A stretch of 64,000 nucleotides of DNA from Amoebidium appalachense. Lineage: Eukaryota > Protista > Ichthyosporea. The position numbers and the translations under genes are program-made. Of the stretch, positions 45,326 to 63,477 are shown piece after piece. The DNA lies in NCBI GenBank assembly GCA_963693365.1, contig CAVNZM010000016.1, forward strand, positions 6,865,029 through 6,929,028. Reading direction: 5' to 3'. Positions within the stretch are counted from its first letter, which is position 1, and every line of letters begins with the position of its first letter. Below the pieces are notes generated by a model, which worked only from the letters and a program-made list of their open reading frames with translations, made no database searches and was not told the DNA's origin.

Positions 45326-46003
45326 AGGGAGGGAGGTAGGGTAAGATGGAGGGCAACAGAAAGGTTTGGGTGCTGTTTTATTGGACGGAGAAGGGGGAGG
45401 GGAGGAGTGTGTGGGGTGGGGGGTGTTGGGAGAGGGGAAGGGGGGGGGGGGGTAGTTAGCCTCGAAGAGTGCACACATGCAACCCCACAGGGGCACATGG
45501 TGCGCACATGCATGCCTGTGTGTCTGTTCGCTTGATCGTGTCACTACGCGTCTTTACACAAAGTGTACTGCTTCCCCCTGCCCCCTCCCCCCCCCCCCCC
45601 CCCCCCCCCCCTCTCCTTGCCTGTTGCGTGCTCGCATAAGTAACCCTGCTCGTCTTTGATCAAGATGGGTGTCCCACCCCATGTTCAAGTGAAACAGTAT
45701 CTGAATTGTGTTTCGTTGACGAGGTGAATGGTCGAAACTCGGGTACTGTGGATGACGTGGCCCCCCCTGAGGATGGGCTCTGCTTATTACACATACTCTA
45801 TGTATGGTTTACCCTCTGCATCGTGTTATCCGTTGTTCATGTGTACTTTGCACTTAATGACCCATTCAAACCCCCCCCCCCCCCCCCCCCCCCCGGGCCT
45901 TCCCCCATGCAGGCAGCCGAAAAGTATGCGGCAGATAAGCCCGAGGTGGCCGGCAAGGTGGTCGAGGTGAAGGCATTGGAAGGTGTGTGTGTGCGCGCGC
46001 ACG

Positions 46004-46057
<54 letters not shown>

Positions 46058-46065
46058 GGGGGGTT

Positions 46066-46096
<31 letters not shown>

Positions 46097-46535
46097 GGGG
46101 CGCGTGCATTTGTGTCTGTGTGCGGGCGGGTGTGTGTGTGTCTGTGTGTGGGTGGGGTTTGGGTGTGGGTGGGTGGGGTGTGTGTATATGTGGAGCAAGC
46201 CCTCCCTCCCCCCCCCCCCCCTCCTCCCCCCCCCCCCCCAGCCCTCATGCCTGATGCTAGGGGGCAGCACTTCTTATGTGTCCCTGTGCATTGCGTGTGT
46301 ACTGCATGGTGAGCCCAACCACGTTGTTCTTAGTGATATTCTCTCTCCCTCCTGTTCCAATCGTATTCTGACTGGGTGTGTGCAGGTGCGGAGGAGACGG
46401 CAGCGTGGGAGAAGTTGCACAGCAAGTGGAACAGCAACAAGCACCAGCAGGGCAGGGGCAGGGGCAGGGGTGGCCGCGGTGGCAGGGGTGAGTGTTTGCT
46501 TGAGAGTTTCTTGTGTTGATCTTGGTGAAGGGGAA

Positions 46536-46571
<36 letters not shown>

Positions 46572-46817
46572 TGTGGACGGTAGAGGATGTGTGTTAAGCA
46601 GAGATAGGAGGGGGAGTGGAGAGAGGGGGTTAAGTTAATGTGTATTTTTTCTTTGCGCACGTGGCTTATTTGTGTGTGTGTGTGTGGGTGCGGGTATGGT
46701 TGTGTGGTGCAAGGCTAACACGCACGTGCACGTGCAGGGGGCAACAGGGGTCAAAAGCGCGGGCGCAATGAGGAGGGTGACAACGGCAACAACAAGCGGG
46801 GCAAGCAGGACGAATAG
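40346..46817 (+). CDS. SSB: La protein (Lupus La/SSB, LARP3-type): La motif, RRM1, RRM2 and basic RG-rich tail; about 12 exons
   Basis: Spliced translation [13 protein letters not shown]|[25 protein letters not shown]|[15 protein letters not shown] (La motif), [19 protein letters not shown]|[19 protein letters not shown]|DSVFVEL (RRM1), [19 protein letters not shown]|[17 protein letters not shown] (RRM2), then RG-rich end with TAG at 46815-46817. Introns are GT-AG. A LARP7-type assignment cannot be formally excluded. Confidence 0.9.
45615..45870 (+). mobile_element. Dispersed repeat family, copy D (diverged, ~250 bp), in a La intron
   Basis: Reverse-complement match to copies A/B/E with scattered substitutions. 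Ends GACCCATTCAAA plus a run of about 24 C, some 40 nt before the splice acceptor at 45911. Confidence 0.85.
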
Positions 46818-47177
46818 GGACAGGCGTAGATGTGCGTAGGTGGGGTGGCTGGCCCTTAACGCGTGTATTTTAAGGTACTTGCCGTATATGGCATGGCACA
46901 CATGAATGTCAACTAGCGAGCTGGGTGTGTACAGACGTCACGACGGGCTGCGGTGCGGCCTGCATTCTAATAATAAAACGATGAAAGTAGAAGTGTATGG
47001 ATGTGTGCCTGGGCACGGGGGTGGTATGGTAATGTGCTGTGGACTAAGACCAATACATACCTACACACGCTTACAGTGTGAAAGGCACAAAAGAAGAAAT
47101 CACTGGAACGGACTGTCACGTGCGTTATGTTGTGGTGGTGGTGGGGTTATGGGTGGGTGGTGTTGGTGATGGGTTTT

Positions 47178-47212
<35 letters not shown>

Positions 47213-49078
47213 TGTGTGTATTTTGGGGGGGGGGGGGGGGGGGGGGGGGGGACATGGTCGATGGACTCGACTTCTACATTAGTGCCCTCACGTTCAGTCA
47301 TGTATGGCACCCACGACAGATATCGATATGCTTATCCATTGGGTGGTGGTAGCCGTTCGGTATTCTGTCTCTTGTTGATAGTACTGGAAGCATTGCACTC
47401 CGGGCTCAGGAACATCATGATCAACTCTGGTGCTCTGGTGCAACTCTGCTAGGCCTGCAGGAGTGCTCGAATGATAATAGAGAACTGCAGTCAGGGAATC
47501 TGCTATGTATTTTATGCATACTTGCTCATGGACAGCATGTGGAAAGTTTCCATTTTCACATGGCCATGTATCTGTCTCGACCTGGCATCATCGATATCGG
47601 ACGTACAGTCACCACGATCACTCGCGAGGCGCGACCGTTCGACGATCATCGATATTCAAGAAGGTATTTGATCACTATATGTGGGTAGAAGCAGGCACGT
47701 GCACGTGGTGTTTTTTATTATACTTAAGCCTTGCTGTGGCTGCTACATTTGAGTATGAGAGAAATGATTGGCTGCTGGTTCGACAATCACGTGGGCTCAA
47801 ATAGCGCCATGGGAGTAGAGCTAATTCGACTGCCAGTGAGGATTAAACTGACTCGTAATATGAGGCTTGAAGTTCGAAATTCGTGTACATACACCAAGAC
47901 GTTGACGTCCACGAGGATGACATGTACATGATGATGATCCGCTGAACTTGCGGCTCCTCACAAAAGTTCACTCAACACACACGTGTGGGTAGAGCCTCTA
48001 TCTCAGAGTCGACGATAATACACATACATGTGCTTCCTGAAAAATACGAATCATTTGAAGCTTGCATTCGGCCATGCCTGTTTCGAGCTCCGACCTCGAA
48101 ATATCGATCATCCCCATCCATGGCCACGCAGTGAATCTCCAGTGGTTTGTTTAGACTTTGTTTGCCGCTTTGCCAACTGAGCATTATCAGATCCCTCAAC
48201 GCCTCACCATGCATAGGTTGGCCATCCCACACATAGGAAGAATGCTCTCAAAGTGCACGTCTCACGTCTTCTAGAAACGAGAAAGCACAAACGGGATCTC
48301 CCACAAACTCCCAGAGTCGGGCCGCTTGATCGTTGCCAGTAAAGTTTGAGTACATAAACGCATACAACGCCTATCTATTGGCTATCGGCAGCAGAGACCT
48401 TGTCCAATCAAACGGTGCTGTATTTTTCTTTTGAAGTCACTTATAGATTTGAAAAGCTTACATCTTGGTCTGTAAAAAACTGTTATTTTGATGTATCCTA
48501 GTTTACAAAGGCATGAGTATTGGTTATAGTTGTTATCTAGCAGGCAGATGTCTGAGCTTGAAGCTTCGTTTCTGGGTATAGCCAGTCAGACTCAGAAGGT
48601 TCAGATCTTCAGGAGTCCAGAAGTAGTTGTCATCTTCTTTAGGTAGATTTTAGCATCCAATCAGAACTCATTTGACGGTGGCTTGTAAAAAATCAAGGTG
48701 TGCGTCATATTGAATTGCTGTGAAACGTTGAAAAAAGCCGCAATGCCCAAGCGATTATGTACATCAAACACGTTCCTACTCTTTATTTTGCCCATATGCA
48801 GCTTTATTTTGACACTTTGATTATAGAACACTGATAACAACTATCACTAGCCACCAGGCGCGGGCAACAATCGCACGCCTGTCACCACGGTGATCACCCG
48901 GACAGTGAAACGACGGATCAGGGGCAATTTGCCCCCCTCTACTATTTTTCAATTTTTTGTAAGCCAATCACAATGCGATCACTGAGCACTGGAATGTGTC
49001 TCTTGAACCGATCCTCTGCTATAAAACCTCTCTCGGCACATGTCGTTTTTCAGTCGCACACAGACTTAACCAGAAATC

Positions 49079-50628
49079 ATGTATGTGCCCTTGGCCGTCG
49101 CTCTCGTCGCTGCGGCGGCAACTACCGTTCAAGCACGTTCCGTTCGCCAAGCAGCCACCGTTGACTGCACAGGGATCCCCGTGTGGGTGCAGCTGCCGAA
49201 CGGCGGTGGCTACAATGGCGGTGCTAAAGTGCAGTTGAATGGCATTGCCTACCAGGCTGCATGGTGGGTGAGCACAGATCCCTCCGTGCCAACAGCTCCC
49301 GGTGCCCAGTGGAGTGGCTGGAACATCCTTGGGAAGTGCTCATCTGCTGTTCCCTCAAGCTCGACCACCACAACCACTACCCAGGCAGCCACCACGACAC
49401 AAGCACCTGCTACCACCACCACGACACAGGCACCCACCACCACCACGACAGCAACACGGGCACCAACCACCACAACACAGGCACCCACCACCACGATACA
49501 AGCACCCCCTACCACAACCACCACCACCCGTGCTGTTTCCACCACCACCACTACACAGGCACCCACCACCACCAGCGCCCAGGTGACCACCACGACCTCG
49601 ACTCCCGTTTCTGGACACACCAAATGCCGCCCCGAAGGTCTTTACAAGACCGAAGGTGTTGATGTACCTTACTGCACCAGATACGACGAAACCGGCCGCG
49701 AGCTTCTTTCTGGTGGGCACAAGCGCCGGGTCATTGCCTACTTCACCTCATGGCGCACAGGTGCAAACGGCCAGCCAGCTTTCCTCGCCAACCAGGTGCC
49801 CTGGGAGCACGTCACCCACATCAACTATGCCTTTGCGCACGTGGGTGCAGACAACAAGGTCAGTGTGGGACCGGAGGACGACCCTCAAAACGCTGCCGTC
49901 GGCCCTTCTTGGCCTGGTGTTGATGTAGACCCAAGCCTCGGTTTTAAGGGCCATTTCGGTGCCCTCGCCGCCTACAAGAAGCAGTATGGCGTCAAGACAC
50001 TCGTGTCGATTGGTGGCTGGGCAGAGACCGGTGGATTCTTTGGCGCTGACGGAAAGCGTGTGGCCAGCGGTGGTTTCTATGCGCTGACCACCAACGCTGA
50101 CGGTAGCGTCAACACGGCCGGCATCAACACGTTCGCCAAGTCCTGCGCTGATTTCATTGTGAGTATCCCCTTCACCGTTGTTAGGAGAATGCATGATATA
50201 TAACAAGCACACCAAATCGCAGCGTTAGACATGTGAATCCATATATTTACACCCCAAATTCCACATTTTATGCCGTGCGGGATTCCTCCCAAACGCTTTG
50301 TCATATGTATTTTTCCCCCCTAGCAGATTGTTTCCGTGCACAACCTCTCCCCCCTCCCCCCTCCCCCAGCCCCCCCCCCCCCCCCCCCCCCCCCCTTCCC
50401 ACCTCCCCCTACCACCCCTCCTCCCCCCTCCCATATCGGTCACCCACCCACCCCTTTGCAACCCTTACCCCTACACATACATCCCTTACATATCCAACCC
50501 GTGCTTGCTTAAATGCCGTACAAGCAATGCTGTACAATGTGTGGTGCATCTGTCTCATACGAGCTTGGTTGGGATTTGCTCCTCGCTCATCCACCCTCTC
50601 TGACTGGGATATGCTCCCCTCCCTTCTC

Positions 50629-50682
<54 letters not shown>

Positions 50683-50693
50683 CCCCCCCCCCC

Positions 50694-50724
<31 letters not shown>

Positions 50725-50872
50725 CCCCCCCTTTCCCCCCACTCCCCTCCTCCTTCCTACACAAGCGCACACATGCCTCAGGTTTGCACACACGTTTGAA
50801 TTTGTCTCTGATTTCTCCTCCCCAAACCCCCCCCTTCCCCCCTCCCCCCTCTTCCCCTTCCCCATCCCTCCC

Positions 50873-50912
<40 letters not shown>

Positions 50913-52631
50913 CCCTCCCCCCCCCTCTGCCCCCGGAGCGCGAAACACACAAACAAAGCGAAACACACAAACACACAAATACAGACATATGTGCGCGCCC
51001 ACAAACATATACACACAGTCTTTTGTTGGCATGTAGACTGGATTCTGAATTAATCACATTCGAATTCCTAACATGATGCTTTACGCACCCAGCGCAAGTA
51101 CAAGTTCGACGGTGTTGACATCGACTACGAGTACCCCACATCGATGAAGGACGCCGGCAACCCGGACGACTTTGCCATCTCAAATGCAAAGCGCGCCACT
51201 CTGTGGCCCAACTATGTAGTGCTCATGAAGACCCTGCGTGAGGAGCTCGATCGTGCAAGTGCGGCAGACGGCATCCACTACCTCCTCACCATCGCATCTC
51301 CTTCCTCGGGCTACATGCTGCGCGGTATGGAGCTCATGCAGGTGACGCCCTTCCTTGACTACGTCAACCTGATGACATATGACCTGCACGGTGCCTGGAA
51401 TGACATTGTGGGTCACAACGCTGCCCTGTTTGACACCGGCAAGGACGCCGAGCTTGCCCAATGGAACGTCTACGGCACGGAGGCATACAAGGGCATTGGG
51501 TACCTCAACTCCGACTGGGCCTACCACTACTTCCGCGGGACTATGGCAGCCGGGCGCATCAACATTGGTGTTCCGTACTACACACGTGGCTGGCAGGGGG
51601 TCACGGGCGGTGAAGCAGGTGGCCTGTGGGGCCGTGCAGCCCTTCCTCTGCAGTCCCAATGCCCTTCTGGTACTGGTGTGGGTGACAAGAATAAGTGCGG
51701 TAACGGCGCACTGGGCATCGACAACTTGTGGCACGATCTGGACACTCAGGGTAGAGAGATGGGTGCTGGATCCAACCCCATGTGGCACGCAAAGAACCTC
51801 GAGGTCGGCGTGTACGGCTCCTACCTCAAGGACTACGGCTTCCCTGCCACCGGTTCACTCAACGGCACCTACCAGCGCTTCTACGACAGTGTTGCTGTGG
51901 CCCCGTGGCTGTGGAATGCCCAGAAGACTACGTTCTTGTCGACGGAGGATGCCGAGTCCATTGCGCGCAAGATCAAGTATGTCAATGATAATGCTATTGG
52001 TGGCTTGATGATGTGGGAGCTTGCTGGCGACTACAGCTGCTACGCACGCAACACAGACGGTACCCGCGGGGCTGTGGATCCCACGGAGAATGCATGCAAG
52101 AGCAAGAACGGAGAGTACATCTTTGGCAACACGCTCACAAAGATGATGTCCGACGGATTCAAGACCAGCACACCCATGGGCAACAAGGTGTCCCCTAACC
52201 CCCTCCCATCCTCCGCTGTAAACATCGCGTTCACCATTGGCGGGTTTAAAGTTGGCGACCAGAACTACCCCCTTAACCCCATCCTGTCCATCAAGAACAA
52301 GATGAAGGTGTCTATCCCCGGTGGCACGGAATTCCAATTCTCCTACGGCACCAGCTGCCCTGATAACATGGCCGACCAGAGTGGTGCCGGGCTAAAGATA
52401 ATTTCGGCCAGCCACACCGGTACAGGTAATGTTGGTGGCCTCCGTGGTGATTTCCAGCGTGTGAGCTTCAAAACCCCCACATGGAAGACTGTTGCTGTGG
52501 GCGAGTCCATGGACATTACTCTCAACTACTACCTGCCCATCACCACTCCCTCGGACTGGCGGGTGAACATCAACGGCACGTGGTATGCACTGGCCCAGGA
52601 GTTTGCAAACATCCCCGTGGCTAGCCTGTAA
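49079..52631 (+). CDS. Secreted GH18 chitinase/chitodextrinase of bacterial type, ~872 aa; exons 49079-50158 and 51093-52631
   Basis: Signal-peptide-like [22 protein letters not shown]5/12-like module ([19 protein letters not shown]). Thr/Pro-rich linker. GH18 motifs [25 protein letters not shown] (catalytic DxxDxDxE), [21 protein letters not shown]-terminal ChiC-like domain ([13 protein letters not shown]). One phase-0 intron GTGAGT...CAG (50159-51092) joins the two frames exactly. Confidence 0.95.
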
Positions 52632-55303
52632 ACGGTTGAGTGTGTGCTAATGTAAATAGACTAGAAACGATGAGCGAATTTCTGGAAAACAACAGTTAGA
52701 TGGCGGATTTTCTGTGTAATGGCGGCGTATACCGAGAACCTTTAATCCTAGTATTTGTGCTCTATAGTTACTTCAGGTGGTATGTGTGGCTTGGGGCTCA
52801 CTGCCCGTTTGTTGTTGTCCGTATGTGCAGAGCAAGAGTTTTGGATGGTGAGCAATCTGAACCCGAAGAAGTAAAAGTTATCTCATCATGACCGCGTACG
52901 TGGGCAGCTCCAACCCCCCCCCCCCACCCCTCCACTCAGTCACCCACCCCATCCAACCCTTCCCGCCTTCCGGGCCCCGCCCCTTCCTTCCCTCTCCCTC
53001 CCCCCCCAGCCACCGTTCCACCAGCCCACCTGCCCTCTCCTCCAAACGCCCCTCGTGAGAATAAACCAGCCCCCTTGCTTCTCTCCTCTTCAGTGATTGC
53101 CCACTCTTTATGCGTCTTTCCCTGGCCGCTTACACTTTTTCTGTGTTTCGCACCTACTTATACTCTACGGAAGTCGGTGACTTTCTAATCGTTTGCGGCT
53201 CTCTGCAGCTCTGCCATGTTCCCCTCCCCCCCCCCCCCCCCCCCCCTTCCTCTCCCCCACCTGCCCCACCTCTGCCCGGGCCCCATTGTTTCTCCCCTCT
53301 ATGGGCCCATTTTCGCTATCCTCTCCTCAGACTCTCCTGCCTGTAATATCCCCTTATGCACTTCGATCCTTGCTCTATCCATGCTTCCATAATAATCCCT
53401 GTAGCCCCCCCCCCCCCCCCCCCCCCCCCCCCCGCCATATGCCCCCCCTCCCCCCTTCTCCCCTTCCCCCACGCGACCTCCCCCCCCCTCCCCCCCCCCA
53501 CCAAACACACAAAAAACACACGCACCATCTCCCTCGCTCAACACACTATCTCATAATCCAGCAGATCCGTATTTGTAAACTCTGGACACTCACTCCTTGT
53601 CCAATCAAATGAATGTTTTCCTGCCCTTTTCCTTCCCCGCCTCCCCCCCCCCCCCCCCCCCTCTCCCCCCCACCCCGTCTTCTCTTTTCCCCCATCCCCA
53701 CGGGATGCCACATACACACGCGTGCACAACCACCCATGTTGGGCACTTTATCATAATGGTCCTTCTCTTTTCTTCCCTCCCTTTTAAACATACCTTCCCC
53801 CCCCCCCCCACCACCACCACCACCGCCCCCCCCCCCCCCCCCCCCACCCCCTTCATTCCCCTCCCCCTCTTCCCCCCCGCTATTTCTCCACCCACCATTT
53901 CACCCCCAGACCTTGAGATCTATAAACCCCCCACTCCCCCGGCCTTTCCAGCACCGGAATCTGGAATCAGACACTCATTTCCTCCCATGACCTCATGGGG
54001 GATCCTCCCTCCCCACCCCCCCACCCACCCTCCCCATCCCATCCCCGGCCCTACCCCCTCCCTCCCTCCCTCCCCCTCCCCCCCATACACACACAGACAC
54101 CCCCTCACCCCCCACCCTCTCATCCTCCCCTATTCTTCCCCCACCTCCCCATACATCGCACCCACCTCCCCCTTTTAAGTAACTCAAAGATGTTGAGCTC
54201 TTGGCCTTCCGCCTCGTCACCACCCTCCCCCTCTGCCTCTCGTGCGACGTATCCATTCGTAAGTCCTGGCAAGAATATTTACTTTTATTAAAACGACCAA
54301 AAAAGTGGGACTATCGCGATCTGAAAAAAGAATCGCATCGACCAATTATTCACGCGCGATCTGACTCATTAGCCATATCTGGAAATTTCGACGGGAAGTT
54401 TCGGCGTGCAGAAAAGAAGTTTAATGACACGACCAAAAAGTAGGAATATGGAAATGGAATTCTACACAGACTTACCCACTACTATGTTCTACTCTGCATG
54501 CATTGCAGGTGCACATACACAGAGAGGCAGAGGGAAAAGAAGGAAGAGAACTACGTGTAGAGGCAGCAAGATATAAAAAGGGATATAGTGGGAGAGGAGG
54601 GACGAGGGAAAGCGCAGGGGGAGAGAGAGAGAAATGCATGCACATGCAAGCACAACATGCGGCTGCATGTGCACCTACACGGCAGCATATCAATCAGGCC
54701 TAGAGATGATCTCGAATCATGTGCCCCACTCAGCCCATTCGCTTCTTGTACCCACCCAACTTATATACCCCCCTCCCCCCACCCACCCACCCACCCGTCC
54801 CCCTGAAACCCAGCACAGGAACTTTTCTACCTTTGTTGGCCACCCCTTCCTCAGCTACCGTTTCACCTCTTTTCAGGATCCTGAAATAAGGGTGAAACGG
54901 TAAAGTTGGGGAAGGGGAGGAAGGGGGGGAGTGGAGAGCCCCCTCTCCCCCCCCCCCCCTCCCCCCCCCCCCCCCCCCCTCCCTCTCCGCACCCTCCACC
55001 ATCCCCGCTCCTTTATATCTCCCCGCCCCTTCCACCCCCCTCCGCCCCCTTCTATAATCAGTTCTCTCTTAGAATTCCTTCTTTGGTTCAATTTTACCAA
55101 CCCCATCCATGCTTCCTTCCTCTTTGCACCAATCCCCTCGATCCACCGGTAGAACCCCCCCCCCCCCCCCCCCCCCCCCCCCTTCTCCCCCACCAGTATA
55201 AGCGCCTATGCTGAAAATGCGGCCTTGCTATGTCAGCTAATATTATTAGAATGGACAACGACAGAAACTTTGCATCATGATATCAGGCGGACTCTTAACT
55301 GTG

Positions 55304-55357
<54 letters not shown>

Positions 55358-55376
55358 CGTGTTTGTGTGTGTGTGT

Positions 55377-55415
<39 letters not shown>

Positions 55416-56930
55416 GTAGGTGGGTTGGGTGGGTGGGTAGTAGTGGCAGCGGTAATGTTGTTTTGGTGGGATAGCAACATTGTGTGTGTGTGGGGGAGGG
55501 GGGGGGGGGGGGGGGGGGGGAGAAGGACACATTTGCGGCTTGCCGGCGAGCAAAAGAGGGCCACAAACGGCCATAGAATGGGAGCATTGTGAGAAAACAA
55601 GCAGGAGAAAGGGAGAGGGTCTGTGGGTAATTATATGGACGCCGGGGGGGGGGGGGGGGGGGGGGAAGGGATGAAGAAAGGGGGGGAACGGGGGTATGGG
55701 GAGGGCCGTGGTGGGTTGGTCTGTGTGTGTGTGTGCCGTGGTGGTGGTGGTTGTGGCGGCGACGGTGTGTGTGTGTGTGTGTGTGTGTGTGTGGTGGTTG
55801 CGGCGGCGACGGTGTGTGTGTGTGTGCCGTGGTGGTGGTGGTTGCGGCGGCGACGGTGTGTGTGTGTGTGTGTGTGTGTGGTGGTGGTGGGGTGTGTGTG
55901 TGTGGGGGGGGGGGGGGGGAGGGGATGATACGGAAGGATTCACCAGAAGGCACGGGGAAGGGGGGGGGGGGGTTGTACTTTGGCAGCCACCTTAGCATTT
56001 ATCCTGTAGTGGTCTTGCATTCGTTTATTGTTGTTTGATTGATAGTACCTTCTCATTCTGAAAGCTCAGCTCCTCCCTTTTTGGCATCCCCCCCCCCCCC
56101 CCCCCCCCCCCCCCTCCCCCCTCCCCCTGCCGCTACACACACACACACATGCACAACCACACCCCAGCCCCCAGCTCAGCCTGTGTGGGTTCTCTCTCAA
56201 TCCATATCTCGGGCAAGGAGAACTCAGGGTAAACTTTAGGCGCACTGTCTAAATTAGGAGGGAATAGGTGGGAGGTGGAAAGGAACAAAAAGAAGAGGCA
56301 GGAACATACGATGAATCGATATGCAATGATGGTAGAGATCTGAAAGGTCTACATGTAGTAGCTACTCTGCAGACTATATCTCTGTACTTGCTTTGTTTTC
56401 TTGTGCAGTCACGATAGGGAGCCCCTACGTGAATGCAGGTAAGAAGCAATACATCGGCACGCTTTGCTTCTGTATTGTGCTGGTACAGGTGTTACAATTG
56501 ATGGTCGCTAAGTTGCCATCGGTTGCAACTTTCATTCCTACCACTTCCATTGCATTCCATATCTATTCCGGACACCATGTGGCTCTAGAACTTATCTCAC
56601 TTAGAGATCATACCTACATTGCCTAGATCCCACCCCCCCCCCACCCCCCCACACACAACCCCTCCCTTCATGCCCATGCAAAGAACCTAAATCACGTAAC
56701 TGGGGGAGAGAGAGGAAAGTGTGGTAGTGTGAGTGGTGATGGCTTTGGGGACGGGGTTGGGTGGGTGGGTGGGTGGGTGGGTGGGTGTGGATTGGGAGAA
56801 GGATGGGGTGGGGCGGGATGGGGGGCGGGGGGGGGGGGGGGGGGGGGGGAAGGGGGGAGGGACCAGAAAACCACCCCTGAGGGGGGGGGGGGGGAGGGGA
56901 GGGAGGGGGTGGGGGGGGGGGGGGGGTGGG

Positions 56931-57227
56931 TTTGAATGCGTCAAAAAGTACGAAGTACACAAGAACAAACGGATAACACGATGCAGAATGCAAGCCATAC
57001 ATAAAGTGTATGCATAATAAGCAGAGCCCATCCTCAGGGGGGCCCCACGTCATCCACAGTACCCGAGTTTCGACCTATTCACCTCGTTAACGAAACCCAA
57101 CTCATACTGTTTCACTTGAACATGGGTAGGTCACCCGTCTTGATCAGAGACGAGCAGGGTTGCTTATGCAGGCAAGGGCAGTGGGAAAGGCCGGGGGTTA
57201 AAGTTGCAGCAGTAAGCATAAGCAAGA
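56931..57227 (-). mobile_element. Dispersed repeat family, copy E (5'-truncated, ~297 bp), about 120 bp downstream of the PPCDC stop
   Basis: Same 3' terminus, C-rich flanks on both sides, near-identical to copy A. Confidence 0.85.
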
Positions 57228-57267
57228 GGGGGGAGGGGGGGGAAAGGGGAAAGGGGGGAGGGACCAG

Positions 57268-57309
<42 letters not shown>

Positions 57310-57348
57310 AAAAACCTAAAAAAAAAGACTTCTCCCGTCATGCCGAGC

Positions 57349-62846
<5,498 letters not shown>

Positions 62847-62971
62847 TTACAGGACGAACAAGAGAGACATGTGATTTGAGGAGTCGAGGGCCTAAGGGGG
62901 AGAGGCAGAAAAGAACAAGCCAGAGAAGGGGCGCCTTTTTTAATTATTTTATTTTATTTTTTTATTTTATT

Positions 62972-63002
<31 letters not shown>

Positions 63003-63087
63003 GGCTCAGTTTGCTAACAGAGGGTGTTGTGCTTGCAGAGCTAGAGGACATAAGGGGTAGGGATGTGTGCGTGTGTGTGTGGGGGGG

Positions 63088-63119
<32 letters not shown>

Positions 63120-63252
63120 AGGGGGGGGGGGGTGCTCGACAAAGGTCAGGCATAGACATGAAGACCAGGAAAAGACAAACACGGGCACAAACAAGCACAC
63201 AAGGTTAAACACACAAGCAGACACACCACACAACACCCCCCTTCCCCCCCCT

Positions 63253-63288
<36 letters not shown>

Positions 63289-63339
63289 ACACACACCCAC
63301 ACACACACACCCACACACACACACACACACGCACACGCG

Positions 63340-63376
<37 letters not shown>

Positions 63377-63406
63377 AGCATGCGCCAAAAAAAACGTGCC
63401 CGTAAG

Positions 63407-63477
<71 letters not shown>

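Noticed and set aside
49249-52525. Antisense and alternate-frame ORFs overlapping the chitinase
   Set aside because: These are shadow ORFs expected from GC-rich codon bias and the ACC-repeat linker; no recognisable motifs.
49079-52631. Bacterial contamination or chimeric assembly as the source of the chitinase
   Set aside because: The gene has a canonical GTGAGT...CTAAC...CAG intron with host-type repeats that restores the reading frame exactly. Read-level confirmation is still advisable.
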